Assembly (NCBI RefSeq): GCF_964204645.1
Contig: NC_134032.1
Span: forward strand, 10,528,275-10,592,274
From: Tubulanus polymorphus
Taxonomy: Eukaryota; Animalia; Nemertea
DNA length: 64,000 bases
Reading direction: 5' to 3'
Shown: positions 1 to 13,060 of the stretch, one piece after another
Numbering within the stretch: position 1 is the first letter of the stretch
How the letters are laid out: each line of letters opens with the position of its first letter
Program-made: the position numbers and the translations under genes
The notes under the pieces: model-generated
What the model saw: the letters and a program-made list of their open reading frames with translations, nothing else
Database searches by the model: none
Told to the model about the DNA's origin: nothing

Positions 1-350
1 GGTAAAATTCTACCCCAAGTTGTCAGGTACTAGGTAAGAGTTTGTGAAATACAGTAGACTCTGTCTCTTACTGCGGTAAAGTTGAAACTGGTAAAATTCT
101 ACCCCGATTTGGTGTCAAATACAGAGTGAAAGTTTGTGAAATACAGTAAAATCCGTCTCTTACTACGGTTAAGTAAAGACTCATAAAATTCTACCACGAG
201 TTTGTGTCAAGTACTGAGTAAGAGTTTGTGAAATACAGTAGAATCTGTCTCTTACTGCGGTAAAGTTGAAACTGGTAAAATTCTACCCCGATTTGGTGTC
301 AAATACAGAGTGAAAGTTTGTGAAATACAGTAGAATCTGTCTCTTACTGT
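1..350. repeat. Tandem minisatellite, ~90-92 bp unit, at least 4 copies, probably continuing upstream of the window
   Basis: Units start at about 1, 90, 182 and 274 with (ggt/cat)aaaattctacc...gtttgtgaaatacagta...tctcttactgcgg. Confidence 0.9.
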
Positions 351-1269
351 GGAGACTAGAGTTGTCTCATCGGTATCGAGAAGGTACCGGAGACCAACCA
401 GGCATTAAAGAGCGCAAATTCTCGCTCTGCTTAAATGCATTTGACAGCTGGTCTAATGGCTGTTTAGTTCGTATAGACGTAATAATCCAGACGCGCATTT
501 CGTTTTTGCCTCGTTTAAAAAAACAGTAACACATGTTAAACGTCAAATAGAATGGAATAATGCGATTAATGTCCGGGCGCTTTCATTTGAATAATAGGTA
601 CGACTTAGAGACCGAATTTCATATACAATGATACAATTTCACGAATAAAAGATACGAAAAAAAAGTATAGCGTTTTGTTGTCAACTTAAATGAAGGCGTA
701 TCTATACCCTTTTGTATTGATAGAATTGGAAATTTTCCTATCGGGGTTCTGGTAAAAAATTTGTTTATGCAGGAATGAGTCAAAAATAATTCGATGCCTT
801 CAAATTATTGTTACGGTAGTTACAAATACGGGGGGGGGGGAATCTTGGAAATGCGAGAGGCCGGGTTCCAGAAGATAAGAAAAGGCATATCTCAGATAAA
901 ACAGCCCGATCGTATTAGATACCTCGGTATTAGATATTTTGAAGGAATCAACTCGAAAATGATGCAATTTCTCTGAGAGGATGTGTGTCAAATTTGTGGG
1001 CTTTCACGACCTCCGTCTTAGCAAAAAAGGACAACCTCAATGGGAGGGCCCCTCGAGACCACTCCCGCTAAATCCACCCCTGAACTACCATACGTTTTGT
1101 CCGCTATAAAATACCATTATTGCGTGATTTAAGGAGAATTTCCCCTAATTTGTCCAGTAAAATGACGATTATTATGTTACAAATGTCGATCTTCTCATTC
1201 TCGATTTAACTTCAATGATTGAGTAAAATACGATTATAAACAGTTGCATGAAACTGCGTCCAAGTCTTA

Positions 1270-1668
1270 AGCCGGGCGCACACCTTTGCGATCATCGCGT
1301 CATCGTATCATCGCATGCGATGACATGAGGAAAATCGCATCATCACCTTTGCGATTTTTATGAGGGCCTCGAGTTGGATTCAATCACGTGACTGAGCCGC
1401 CATTTTGAACATCACGTGATTGCTTCATCCTCAATTCTGATTGGCTACTAAAAATTTTCCTTCGGAAAACCGACAGCGTAGCCCGCACAGCTTTACGATT
1501 TTCATCTCACGGAAAATCGCATGCGAAAATATCAAACAAGTTTTATTTGTTGCGATGAAGCGATGAAATCGGCCCCGGATGCCACCGCATCATACCTTTT
1601 TGATGATGCGATAAAACCATGCGATGAAGCGATTATATACGATCAATCGCAAAGGTGTGCGCCGGGCT
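1270..1668. mobile_element. PIF/Harbinger-like MITE
   Basis: TIRs agccgggcgcacacctttgcgat and atcgcaaaggtgtgcgccgggct (1 mismatch). TTA lies on both flanks (1267-1269, 1669-1671). Internal atcgca/tgcgat subrepeats. Confidence 0.8.
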
Positions 1669-1841
1669 TTACGAAATTCAGGCTATAAAACTAGCCTCAG
1701 AAGACCTCCAAATTTGCGCGCGTATTTGTTACTGCGAACATATCCCACCTAACAACTCTACTAACAGCTTTATATAGGCACATTCGCGAGAATGTTACTG
1801 ATAATGAATAATTGAAAAAAAGATATTCTTTGTCGTTTTAG

Positions 1842-4800
1842 GTGAACTTCTTGACGTGTCAATTCTTGGCGTTGTTGCTCAGTTACCCATTGCGTTCGGT
1901 TTTGAGTCCGTTGAAAACGTCGTCTAACGCACGCCTAGCGTATGAACTGTTCGTGGGGTTGTTTTTATGCACATTCTGTTTCGGATAGTAAGTTCACACA
2001 TTTACATCTTAAATGATACGTCTCTACGAGATATCTCAGTCGGTGTTGATAGTTTCAAACCGGTTTCTTTGAAGTATTTTGAAGTATCTCACAGTTGCAT
2101 TCGGTATAGCACCACAACAGTACTTGAACAGTCCCAGCGTATTAAACCTACGATGCCTTGATTCCTTAAATACCCCTTATAAACTATCTATGCTTTTAAA
2201 GTTGCTTGAAACTCCTTTAATTTGAGCAAAATTGCGAGGATTTTTTCTTTACCCAATTACTGAATTAGAAATTAAGTTTAGTTAGTGTAAAGGTTAAGAT
2301 TTGCTTACAAAGCCACGGAATTAACGGTGTTACTGAAAAGAACAGTTCTGATTTAGAATCTACAGTAATTGGGTCATGAAAGTGATGCAGACACTTCCTT
2401 GAAATTTTCTCCTTTAAAACTCTTTGAATACTCCTTACATCCAGGATTGACTGACACTGTTTTATAGAGACCATATGATTGATATCTCTCATCGAATTTG
2501 GCAACTAGCTATAAGCTCTAACTGAAACTATGAGATATCTCGAAGTGGCATCTGGTATATAGCACAGGACCTGAGAGATACCTCGAAAAGTTCCAGCTCT
2601 AGAACGGATTTAAAGTTCTCAAAGTGGCGCTTCTTATACGTCCTGATTGTTATAGAAGAGATTCATGCGATAGCTGATGTTTCATTTGCAGATCAGAAAA
2701 AAAATCAATCCTTCTTTTACATCTATGTTTTCAGTCAAATAATCCATTTGATAATATTGAGCACAACATGTTTGTTGATATTGAAGTATTACCCCGGGCG
2801 ACATTACAGACATTTGATAGTGTTCGCGTTCGCAATGCTGTACCTGGCGGTCACTCATATACACCGGCAGGTCTACGACTACGGCGGATACACCATGGAC
2901 ATATCGGGGTAAGTTCGTAGAATGGCTGATCGTAATTTTGCTGGAATTGTTGATGTTATTGAGAATGAGATTGGTGGCTATGGGGGTTGTGGTAATTTCA
3001 CCGAATGTTCGAATTTGTCAGGGTATTTTTGCTTTAAAAAAAGGTCGGGGAATTTTGCAAAAATAAAAGGAGCTAGAAGTTAGGGAAAAGTCTGGAAAAT
3101 GAGAAGCGCAGTGGCGGCCGAGTGGGTAAAGCCGCCAGTGACAGGTCCTGTCAATCCAAGGTTTATGGGCTCAACTCCTGGTGGCGACAGAGTTTCTTGG
3201 TCGAAGGTTCGTCTCCGGTCTCCCTCCCCCACCCCATTGAGAAAATAAAACATCGAACCCACTGATAATGCTTTGCATGGCGCTCAGTGGGTTGAGGGAA
3301 TTTAAAAAGAAAAAAAAAGCCATCGAAAACGAGAAGATCATGGCTCTTCAAAGATAAGTCACTGTCTAATTCAGTTGACAAATTCATTAAGTTTTTGAAA
3401 ACAACTTCTAGATTCGAGATGGAACGTTATCATGCTTTTACAGTTTTTCATCAATATTGTTGGTTTTATTTGTCATGAGATCACTTCTTAAGTAGCTAAT
3501 CATAATACACTCAATCTTTGAAGTCATCGAGAATGAGAACGTTATCGTATGTAGTTGATATGTAACAGATAAAGCGATGTAAGTGAGACCGGGTATTTAT
3601 ACAAGGTGTGTCTGCGGAGAAGTGATCGTACTGATTACTGTACTGATGTTTCTGCGTATATTTCCAGGCCTCTGATGGTGATGGTTCAACGCGTCACGAG
3701 TTTTTCGTTCAGCGTCCACGACGGAACGATCCCCGATGAGAAACTATCCGCCGTTCAGAAACAGAGAGCTGTTCGGTAATTAACGATTAAACATAATTGA
3801 TCAGATTACTTCGGACTACTATTGCCGTCACCCGGTGGATCCTCACTTGCCTCAATGCTTTCGTTGCGTCTACACTGTAGTGCAGTGTACATCAGTGATG
3901 GACTTAGCTAGTACACTGTATCACAATGTATTGATGTTATTAGTAGCCAACATGTCAACCCTTTCAATTGTGACTTATTGATACACGAACGTGCTGGAGA
4001 TAATTTGAAAATTTTTGAATGACAGGCAAACCCCTTTAGTGTGTCTGCCACAGTGTATCATTAAAATTGTTTGACAGGAACTGCCATCTTTCAATAGTGA
4101 TAAAAAGCTTATTGCTAATAACATCAAAACACTGCTATGCAGTGTACTAACAAAATCAATCACTGATTTATACTCGGCAGTGCGCTGAAAGGTTACATTG
4201 ATATCAAAACAATTGACAATGCTTAACGGTTTTGATTTTAATACCATCGCAGTGGTCCATCATATCTACACCTTTCCGGTTATTAATGACCTGACTGGTA
4301 GAGGGTTAATTTCAAACATTGCGAAATGTTATTTTGTAGAACATTCCCGAGCGTGTTGACGTACTATAGTTATCTGATGTTCTTCCAAGCGATCATGTGC
4401 GGGCCGTTCGTTTTCTACGACGATTATATGGGGTTCATTCACGGCTCGAAAGGCCCGAAAAAGCCGTCGCTGCCAGCGACGCTGCAGCAACAAAATGGGG
4501 TTGATTCACACGGTTCTGTACCCGAACAGACTGAACCAGCTCCCGGGGTAAGTCGAGCAAAACCTGGACGGGATGGCCACAGATCTCTGGAGAACTCAGT
4601 TAATCAGAGAAAATCAGGGAAAATGGATGGAATTTTGATATTATATATGCTATTACCATAGTTTCGATCATATTGAGCGCATGTTTCTTTAGCAGTTGGT
4701 GATTCATGAAAATTAATATTTTCAAACAAAAAAATTTCTCCCATTCAGCTGCAGCCAATTTGGTGAAAATCAGGGAAAACTCAGGGAATTAGTAAATGGG

Positions 4801-7800
4801 GGTTAAGTGGCCGACCAGATGGGTTTTAAGTTCCTCCTAAATATTTCAGCTAAATCTTACCGATCTGTAAATAATTTGAAAGTGGGATTGGTAAGGCCTG
4901 GTTTGGGACCTGATTTAACTGGGACGGGTCTCGAAATTTAGAGTTAAGCTTTAAATAGGTGCTCAGCCTGGTTCTAGGAGTATCTTAGATTTATCTCGTT
5001 ATTCCAGGGAGTGGTCGCGAGGAAGTTGTTGGTGTCAGTCGTTTGTGGGTTGGTTACGTTGGCCTTAGCTCCCAGTTATCCCGCCGAGTCGCTTACACGT
5101 AAGTCCGCGCGCGCAATTTTTTCTCGCAAGAACATTCCAGTAGCTTTTCAGATTTAGCGAACGATGAAAGAATGAACCAACTTTCATTCTTTAACTAATC
5201 AATTTCCAGTTAAATCGACGTCATCATGACTTTATTTCAAAAGTTGCCCAAAAATTATAAGAACTGATCACATAAGTTGACTGGTGTAGACTGGTATTAA
5301 TCGCAGAATTCCGTTATGAAACCAACAGTTGATGATTTAACCATTGATTCCGGTAGTTTGAAGTTATGACTAAACTTACTCATCGGAGAAGTGAAAATAA
5401 CAATGCTATACAGTAATTCGGGATGTAGTTGTTACGAAGTAAGGTTAGGGGCAGGAACTAAGTTACAGGTAAGACAATAGATACATGAAAAATCTCAATA
5501 TCTAATCATTTTTTATTCCCGTTCTCAGGTCCTTCGTTTAATGAGATGAGTTTCATTGGTAAATTATGGCATATGCACGTAGTTTTGCTAATGGCGCGGA
5601 TGAAATACTATTTTGCCTGGACCATGGGTATGTACAAAATAGAAAACGATAAGTATGAAATTCTTCACAAAAAAAAGCTGATGGCTGCCTCCAGTAATCA
5701 CCCTATGACGTCACCAAATTGCTCCCTACACCTATCTATGACTGCGACATTATCAAGCTTCCATAGGCCTATCCACGCCATTCCAGAAAAGATGAGGGCT
5801 TAATACCTTCCCCATATGACATCATCGTCAAATTTCCATAGACCTATGCCCTTCCATTCCAGAGAATGTCAAAAAGCCCTCTAATTCCATCATGTGTTTT
5901 TGACCATTGACTTTATTTAGATAAACCTAATGTATAAGTATATCTGAGAAAATACAGTTAAATTCTTACAAAGCACCAAAACAAATTCAAGGTAGCAAAA
6001 AGGTAGACGAAAAGCCGAATCAGTGGTTACAAGATTCATCACAAATACTGTGAAAAAGGAAAATTTCTGTTTTCTTTTTTAATAGGTTCCTTCGTGATGG
6101 TGTGCTTTAATACGATTCCAAAGTGCTCTGACTAGTATGGGGTCATTCATTTATTACGTACGCATTAGGGGAGGGGGAACGGGTCAGTGCAATTGCATAC
6201 TGTAATGCTTAATGTATATGAAAAAATGGCCCATTTTGCGTACAGAGGGGAAGGGGGTTGAAAAATTCAAATTTTATGCGTACGTAATAAATGAATGATC
6301 CCTATGATAGAGACTGCGACTATTACCGTAATGTTTCTAATGTTTCAATCGATTTGTTTCAAGCTGAAGCTGTCTGTCACAACGCTGGATTAGGCTTCAA
6401 TGGTTACGATTCTTCCGGTAAACAGCGCTGGGATCTTATCGATAATGTCGATATCAAACAAGTCGAGGTGAGAAACAGAAGAAATGATCGTCAAATGATG
6501 GTCGTAGCCTGGCGCCTGGATCGCCGAATCCCTCTGAGACATTCCGATACTTTTCCACGTTTCTTCTAAATTTCTGATTATCCGTGCTTCACACGATATT
6601 CAGCACTCCACTGAAGATATTTATTGAAAATGCAGGGGTTTATCTAGGAAATAGATAACCCCAAGTCTGGGCTCCAGCAGGAAAAAAGCATTTCTTGGAT
6701 AAAGCTGCCTAACCTTTCAGTGCGTAGTAATATTGTAATATCCGAAAGTGCTGGGGATGATTTGAAGATTTTTGAAAATTCCGTCCCAGTGCGTTGAATA
6801 TTAGGCATATCGGTTTAGTGTATCTACCCTGCAGAACGGTTTATTGTTAGTTACTAATATTTTACTTAGTTCAACAGTTGCTGCCATCTTTTAATAGGGA
6901 TAAAAACTAATTATTAATACCATCAATACACTGCGATGTGTTCTATTGGTTAAGTCAATAACCAATTTATATACCGCGTAGATGCACTGAAATGGTTAAG
7001 ATATTTTTTGAGAAATTTATTCGAAAAGATGCAAATTCTGATATAGGATGAGCGTCAAATTTGCAGGTTTTAACGATCTCTGGCTTGCCAACGAAAGGCA
7101 ACCTCAATGGGAAGGCAGGGGTCCGAGAAGCAAGAACATCCCCCTTAAATCCACCCCTCAAATGAACTACTAGCACTAGACATTAGACATTTCATTATCA
7201 ATGCAAAACGCTGACATTTTGCATTATTTTATCGGTGCGTTTCGTTTTTTCTCATCAATTTTCAGTTATCGACGAATTTAAAAGCTTTGATAGATGCCTG
7301 GAATATGGGAACGGCCAAATGGTTGCGGTTTATTGTTTACGATCGTTTGACGAAGTGGCGAACAACCGCCGTGCTATGCGTGAGCTCGGTTTGGCACGGA
7401 TTCTATCCGGGATATTACCTCATGTTCATTAACGGTGGAATTCTAGGAATTACAGCACGAAAGGTCAGTCAATAGTCAGACTATAGATAGAGTCCTCTTG
7501 CCTCCGATCGTGGCTCTTGTCTGAAATGGTATTAAGATTGTTGTGTATGATTGAATTAGGGAGGATTGGAAATTTTAACTAGCATTACGCTAAACGACTT
7601 GAGTAGAAATGAATGGCGAATGATTGTTTTGGCACTGCAGTTCCCCTTTCATTAAGGCGTTCTTGCCTATCGAATCCTGTGATAACATCATCGTGATTAT
7701 TGTTTTATTTCAGATGAGGCATCATTTCCGCTGGTATTTCCAAACGTCGAAATCAAAAAGAGTTTTCTACGACATTGTGACGTTTATTGTAACTCGTATG

Positions 7801-8558
7801 GCGATCGCGTATATAGCCTCGTCATTCATCCTTCTCGAGATAACGCCCAGTTTAGCCACCTTCAGGTCAGTAACTATGAAAATCACAGGTGGGGGAGGGT
7901 GATAGTTAGATGAATAATCTATATGGCTTCTGAGGGGCTATCCAGATAAGATTTCAGGTCAGTTAAATATCTAATGTAATCAATTTAAATAACTAATACA
8001 GTCACGCCCAATATACCAGATCTAACAGAGCAGAATGATTTTGGCGGTATAGATAGTATGGCGGTATATCGGGGGTGTTATACTGTGTATTTGTATAGAG
8101 GTGTACATTGAGAAAACCTGGTGGTACGCGGGGGTGGCAGTATATGGAAGGGTGGTATATCGGGGGTTGACTGTATAATCAAGGCTTCAGAGCGGCTGCC
8201 CAGGAAAGACCTACGATATCACCAAATTGTCTCTATAGGCTTTTCAGTAAAAGTGATTGCCTCCATAAATCTCTCTATGACATCGTGAAATTGCCTTGCA
8301 TTTTCAGTCGAGATGGCTGCCTCCATAAATTCCCGTATGATATCATATACAGTAATTGACTTTGTATTTGCTTTCAGGTCGGTTTATTTCTGGGGTCATG
8401 TTGTCTCGTTGCCGCCATTTTTACTGCTGAGCGGACGAAAACATCCGCAGAAACCAACGTCGAATCACGCGCAGATGACAAAAAATCATACGCAGACGAT
8501 TACAACGAATCACGCTCAGCAGACGACACCAGTGCCAGACGACAAAAAATCTTTATGA
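1842..8558 (+). CDS. MBOAT2: MBOAT1/2-type lysophospholipid acyltransferase, paralog A (first coding exon not found in the window)
   Basis: Exons 1842-1987, 2735-2908, 3668-3775, 4340-4547, 5008-5098, 5529-5627, 6364-6467, 7266-7463, 7714-7865, 8378-8558. All introns are GT-AG and phase-consistent. Motifs VNFLTCQ, DISGPLMVMVQRVTS..VHDG, YYSYLMFFQAIMCGPF, ARMKYYFAW, AGLGFNG..RWDL, AWN..TAKWLR, and catalytic WHGFYPGYY. C-terminus KKSL. MBOAT1 versus MBOAT2 cannot be resolved. Confidence 0.9.
3106..3318 (+). mobile_element. tRNA-derived SINE-like insertion in an MBOAT paralog A intron
   Basis: A-box-like ggcggccgagtgg, B-box-like gggctcaactcc and an A-rich tail (aaaaagaaaaaaaaa). Absent from the equivalent intron of paralog B. 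Confidence 0.55.
3870..4200. repeat. Dispersed non-autonomous element family; related copies at ~6820-7000 and ~63095-63280
   Basis: Shared ctgccatctttcaatag(g/t)gataaaaa...taataacatcaa..cactgc motifs and an internal inverted structure. Confidence 0.5.
6139..6302. mobile_element. MITE of ~165 bp; second copy at ~37146-37310
   Basis: TIRs ggggtcattcatttattacgtacgcat and atgcgtacgtaataaatgaatgatccc, with TAT on both flanks. A near-identical copy lies downstream of the LRR exon. Confidence 0.8.
7999..8173. mobile_element. Tc1/mariner-type MITE; inverted second copy at 39073-39248
   Basis: TA-CAGT...ACTG-TA termini with ggcggtatatcggggg subrepeats. The same internal sequence appears in reverse orientation at 39073-39248. 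Confidence 0.75.
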
Positions 8559-9972
8559 AAATGCGATTCATTAGTAGAATTAAAAATAACCAAAAATATT
8601 CATCGGCAACATCATCATTCTTCTCATCATCAACGTCATTAGAAAAAAGCGATTGTGTGATAAATATTGATACAGTTTTACAACGAAAAAGAGAAATTTT
8701 TAAACGGATTTTAAATACTGCAAAACACGTTTATAGAATCAACTGTTCTCAAGTTTGACACAAAATTTCTTAAAGATAATGCCACTCTATAAAACCCTTT
8801 AGTTTATTTATAATGTATATATTTACCGTTTATACGTAGATTCAAATCATGGAACCTGGGAACGTTATAAACCCCCGAATTGCTCAAAATATATTTCCAA
8901 TCTATTCTTCTATTATAAGTTGGACTTATTTCTGATGCTTTTTGATTCAAATTCTTCCCTTGTTTTTATTAATCATAGACTTTTTATGCTTATTTTACTA
9001 CATTATATTGTTCCATTATATACTTGACTTAAAATTCGGCCATTCTCGATACTAGAAAGAGGGAGATGGAGAAAAGTTACGAGTAAGCTGCTAGTTCTTG
9101 AAAAATAATTTCTTTTGATAATATGTTATGGTATTGTACCAGCAGCTGTGGGGAGTGAGGGGAAGGGGTAGTTGGGGGAGAACCACCATTTACTTGGTCC
9201 AAACGGGGAGTTGACTTCAGCCAACTTCAGACTGTGCAACTGGTCCCTGGGGCATTAGTTAAAACTGGTCTATAAGACTCTGATCTGAGGTACAAGTTGA
9301 AACTGGACCATAAACCATTACCTTGGTGTAAACTGTTAAAAGGGTCCATAAAACCATTGTTTATCAAAAGCTTTATTTGATAATCTATCAGTTGATTTAC
9401 CAGGGGACAACTTAGTGTATCTAACCATTCCCTGCGAATTCCGATGAACTAAGTATGATAACATCTAGTAATTTGCATATCATTAGAATAATTTATCATA
9501 TGATTTACATAGATGAAAGCAGAATATATATTTTTCTAATAATCGTTAGCCTTCCACGTCGCGTAGACGTGAGGAGGTTTGTGCTAGTCTATGTGCATTG
9601 TTCATTGAACTCATCGAGCTTGATTTACTGATTTGTGAAGGAGCCGTGTTAACCTACGGTGTCAATATGTGAACGTGAAGATGGATAGTACTTAGTAGGT
9701 TAATTAGATTTTATGAAAAGCTTTCGTTCCTATTCATCTGGTAAATGAATGATCCCGGTTGTCAATGATGAATTAGTCTGGTAAACTCATTTACCTAATG
9801 ATGTCATATACTGGTAAGGATTTTCCGATTTTTCACATTGGCAAATACTAGGGATAGAAGATCTTTTTTTTATTTTTCCAGTTTGAGTGGATAACCGAGT
9901 AGGCTACTGTACTATTCACTAGTAGCAAAAGCTTGTTCTTTCGATAAAATCTAGTTACCCTACAAAGTGCTA

Positions 9973-10128
9973 CAGCAAACCTCACCTAACTCGGATAAAC
10001 TGGAACTGGTAGAAACAGGTCCAAATTAAATGAAAATCCAGGTTATGGGTTGAAAAATGTGTTAGTAAAATCAGAAAATTATTTTGTTGTCCGAGTAAGT
10101 CAAAAGTACATGTTGGCGAGGTTCACTG
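9973..10128. mobile_element. Tc1/mariner-type MITE; related copy at ~22298-22420
   Basis: TA-CAG..aacctc..ctaactcgga ... tgtccgagtaagtcaaaa ... ggcgaggttcACTG-TA. The same motifs occur at 22298-22420. Confidence 0.6.
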
Positions 10129-11284
10129 TATCTGTCCTTATGTTTACTTAATTAACTGTAATTGTTAATTAATTCGATATCACCATCAATATGCCTACAT
10201 CTATGAAGTGTTCCCATTGGGTGTTCTATTTTTAATTATCAATTTTGAAAACTGTTGCGTCAAATGTGCTTACCCGATACACGCATATGTGCTGCTATTT
10301 TATTAACGTTTAACGATCGAGATTTTTGTGGAGGTGTTTGTATTTCGAAGCTTTGCAATAAGGGCTGAAAACGCTTGGAGCTAAACATGGACGTTTTACG
10401 TCCAGGCAGCTGTACAGTCATGGCTTAGATTTATTACCAGCCGAAGACAGTCTTAGTTCAATAGTTAGGGCTAACTTAAGATTTAAGACCATTTTTGGAC
10501 GTAAGTCACGACTGTGCAACTTGGCCCATAAGCTGAGCAAGTTATATGTACTGCAGAGCGCAGCCCGCGCGAAGCAAATTATTTTAAAAGTTATGTACTG
10601 AGCAAGACGATAAACTCTGAGCTCTGTGCTTAGCAATATGGTAACGCTTGATTCTTAGAAAGTGTTCAACTCGTCTTTGTGCTTTATGTTCGATGTTAAA
10701 TGGCTGGAAAATCAAAAATTATATTTTTGTTCATAGATATTTTACATAAACGGATCGATAAAATAATTCATGAATTACTATTATTTGTGATATTGGGTCC
10801 AGCCAGCAGAACCTGCTCGGTTTAGGAACCAAAATTTGGAATTATTTATTCAATTCATAAACATCGAATAAACTGACTTTTGAAATAATTGAAATGGCTT
10901 TCGTTTCTTTATTTCATTGGAGTTAGTTTCCAAACCACCCTGGCAATCGAGGATAGGATATATTCTGTTCGGTAGACTCGGAACAGACATGGCTCACAGT
11001 GGCAAGAAGTCCTCAATCCCTTTATTCTACAATTCGCCCGTGTGATCTGATATCTGGAAGCAGCATCTCCAAAAAATCGTTCAAAACTAACGCTAGAATT
11101 CCTAGAATCTGATGATCCGCGTACCTTTTTGGGCCCAAGTGTAGGCTCCGGTAGTTCCAGGACGAATCACATGTTATTTTCATCCGCACTTCAGTATGTG
11201 CGCAGATGACTGGATGACTTTGATAACTGGTCCACTGGGTGATTAGATTACTGGACAACTGGATCACTGGTTCAATAGGTGAAG

Positions 11285-11555
11285 TCGCTGATGGTGATTA
11301 TGATGATGATGATGGCGGAGAAGGTGGTGATGGTGATGATGGTGATGGAATTGATAGTCATGAGGATGGATATGGTGGTGCTGATGATGATGCCGGAGAA
11401 GATAGATACATGTACATATAGTGGTGACGATGATGCTGGAGAAGGTGATGCTGAAGATGACCGTGGTGATGAAGGTGATGGTACAGATGGTGGAGACGGT
11501 GGTAATGATGGAAGTGATGCTGGTGGTGGAGATAATGATGATGGTGGTGATAGCT
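11285..11555. repeat. Degenerate (GAT/GGT)n trinucleotide low-complexity tract
   Basis: Runs such as gatgatgatggtggtgat. It generates spurious poly-Asp/Gly, poly-Met and poly-His ORFs. Confidence 0.85.
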
Positions 11556-12619
11556 AATCGTACAGTCCTCCAGTCATCCAGTCTCCCAGTATACCAAGTT
11601 ACCTGTGTACAGTCGGTAGGTCTTCGAATCACGTCAAATGAAGAAATGATACAATAATAAAAGTATGGATTATGTTCCTACACCCTTGTACTATTACCCC
11701 GTATTCTATACTTGGGCCCTTTCCTGTTCCAAATCATTAAAAGACGGCGATCCAGCGCAGGGCTCCAGCTTGTAGGTTAGACGAGTGTCCTGCTTCTTAC
11801 ACATAGGTAGATAATCATCTTAGCGGAAAAAACTTCAATTCAAAAAAAGAATCTCTAGATATCTTGAATAGACCTTGTGTATCTCAAGTTCTCTGGTTTG
11901 AAAGATCATCTTAGCAGAACAATGCCACTAGTGATCAATATCTATTCATTTCAGAGATGCGTTGTTTTGGCTCCGAGGAAAATCTCTCCCTTGTTGAGAT
12001 AAAACTGCTAGAATCCTACAAAACAATTGCCCATTTATACTGTAGCGTTTTTAACAACTAGAATAAAACTATGGTCGGAAATAGAGCTTATGTGAAATAC
12101 ATACCACGGGTTGGGATGGGATAACATGGTGTTGAATCTGTTTAGTTGGTGGTAACCGACAATGAGCCTGTCTTTGAAAAAATATCGATGATATTTCTAT
12201 ATTTAGAACTGTGGGAAATAGAGCCCTTTATTACTTTGTAAGTTTGAATAAAACATCCGCAGGTTCATTTCTATTATTTTCGTTTCTGTTTGAAGTTTTG
12301 AAACACAGTAGTTTATTGTCCTAATCTGTTTTTTTAAGTTTGGCCCCAAAGATATGTTTGCAAAGGAGGTAGTTTTTAATTGGTTAAAGTAAAAAGGCCA
12401 ACCAGATGAAAATGGTTAGAAACCAATGAAATCAACATGGGGTGGGTCTAGTCCCTTGGGATTATATGAATTATATATCGACTATTTGGTGTCATCGTCA
12501 CCACCTTCAACTGCAGAATTTCATCAAACATTCAACACAATGAAAGCAAACAAGATTTTACAAGTTATTTTCTGTATTGTCGTCAGACTACGATCAGTTC
12601 TTATTCCTCGAACAAGGTC

Positions 12620-13060
12620 TCAGGGTGGAATATCCGTAGTCAGCAAGCGATACTGCAAGGCTAACAATCTCTTGGTTCCCGACTACGATCCAGAGAAGCC
12701 CTCGACCCACATAATGTACCTCGACGTGGGTAACTTATATGGCTGGGCTATGTCGCAACACCTGCCTATTCAAGGAGGCAGGTGTTGGGAGGATTCAAGT
12801 GGGTTGAAAATCCAGAAAACCCTCAAAGTCCCAGAACACCCGGATGACGCAGAAAAAGGCTACATCCTCCACAGTTAGACTTGCATTACCCTCAGAGACT
12901 GCACGACTCTCAAAAAGAGTGCCCACTGGCACCGGAAAGGCTAAAGGATCAAGAAGTTAGGAAGTCTTCCTGTTAAGAAGACTGGGAAGTTCAACCGACA
13001 CAGAAAAACTTGTGCCCCAATCTCGGCAAAAAAGAGAGATACATGTCATAGGAACCTCAT
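12620..13060 (+). pseudogene. Decayed family-B DNA polymerase fragment of Polinton/Maverick (adintovirus-like) type
   Basis: GGISVVSKRYCKANN..PDYDPEKPSTHIMYLDVGNLYGWAMSQHLP (motif A region, compare YLDANNLYGWAMSQ.LP). Frameshifted continuation: GYIL / LDLHYPQRLHDSQKECPLAPER / EKLVP.. / NLGKKERY / HRNL. Confidence 0.8.

Noticed and set aside
11239-11657. Overlapping ORFs rich in Asp/Gly, Met/Val or His/Thr
   Set aside because: All are translations of a GAT/GGT trinucleotide tract, with no splice or domain support.
11700-12330. Possible decayed transposase-like coding sequence upstream of the PolB relic
   Set aside because: Many stops and no motif I can name with confidence. It needs a translated search.
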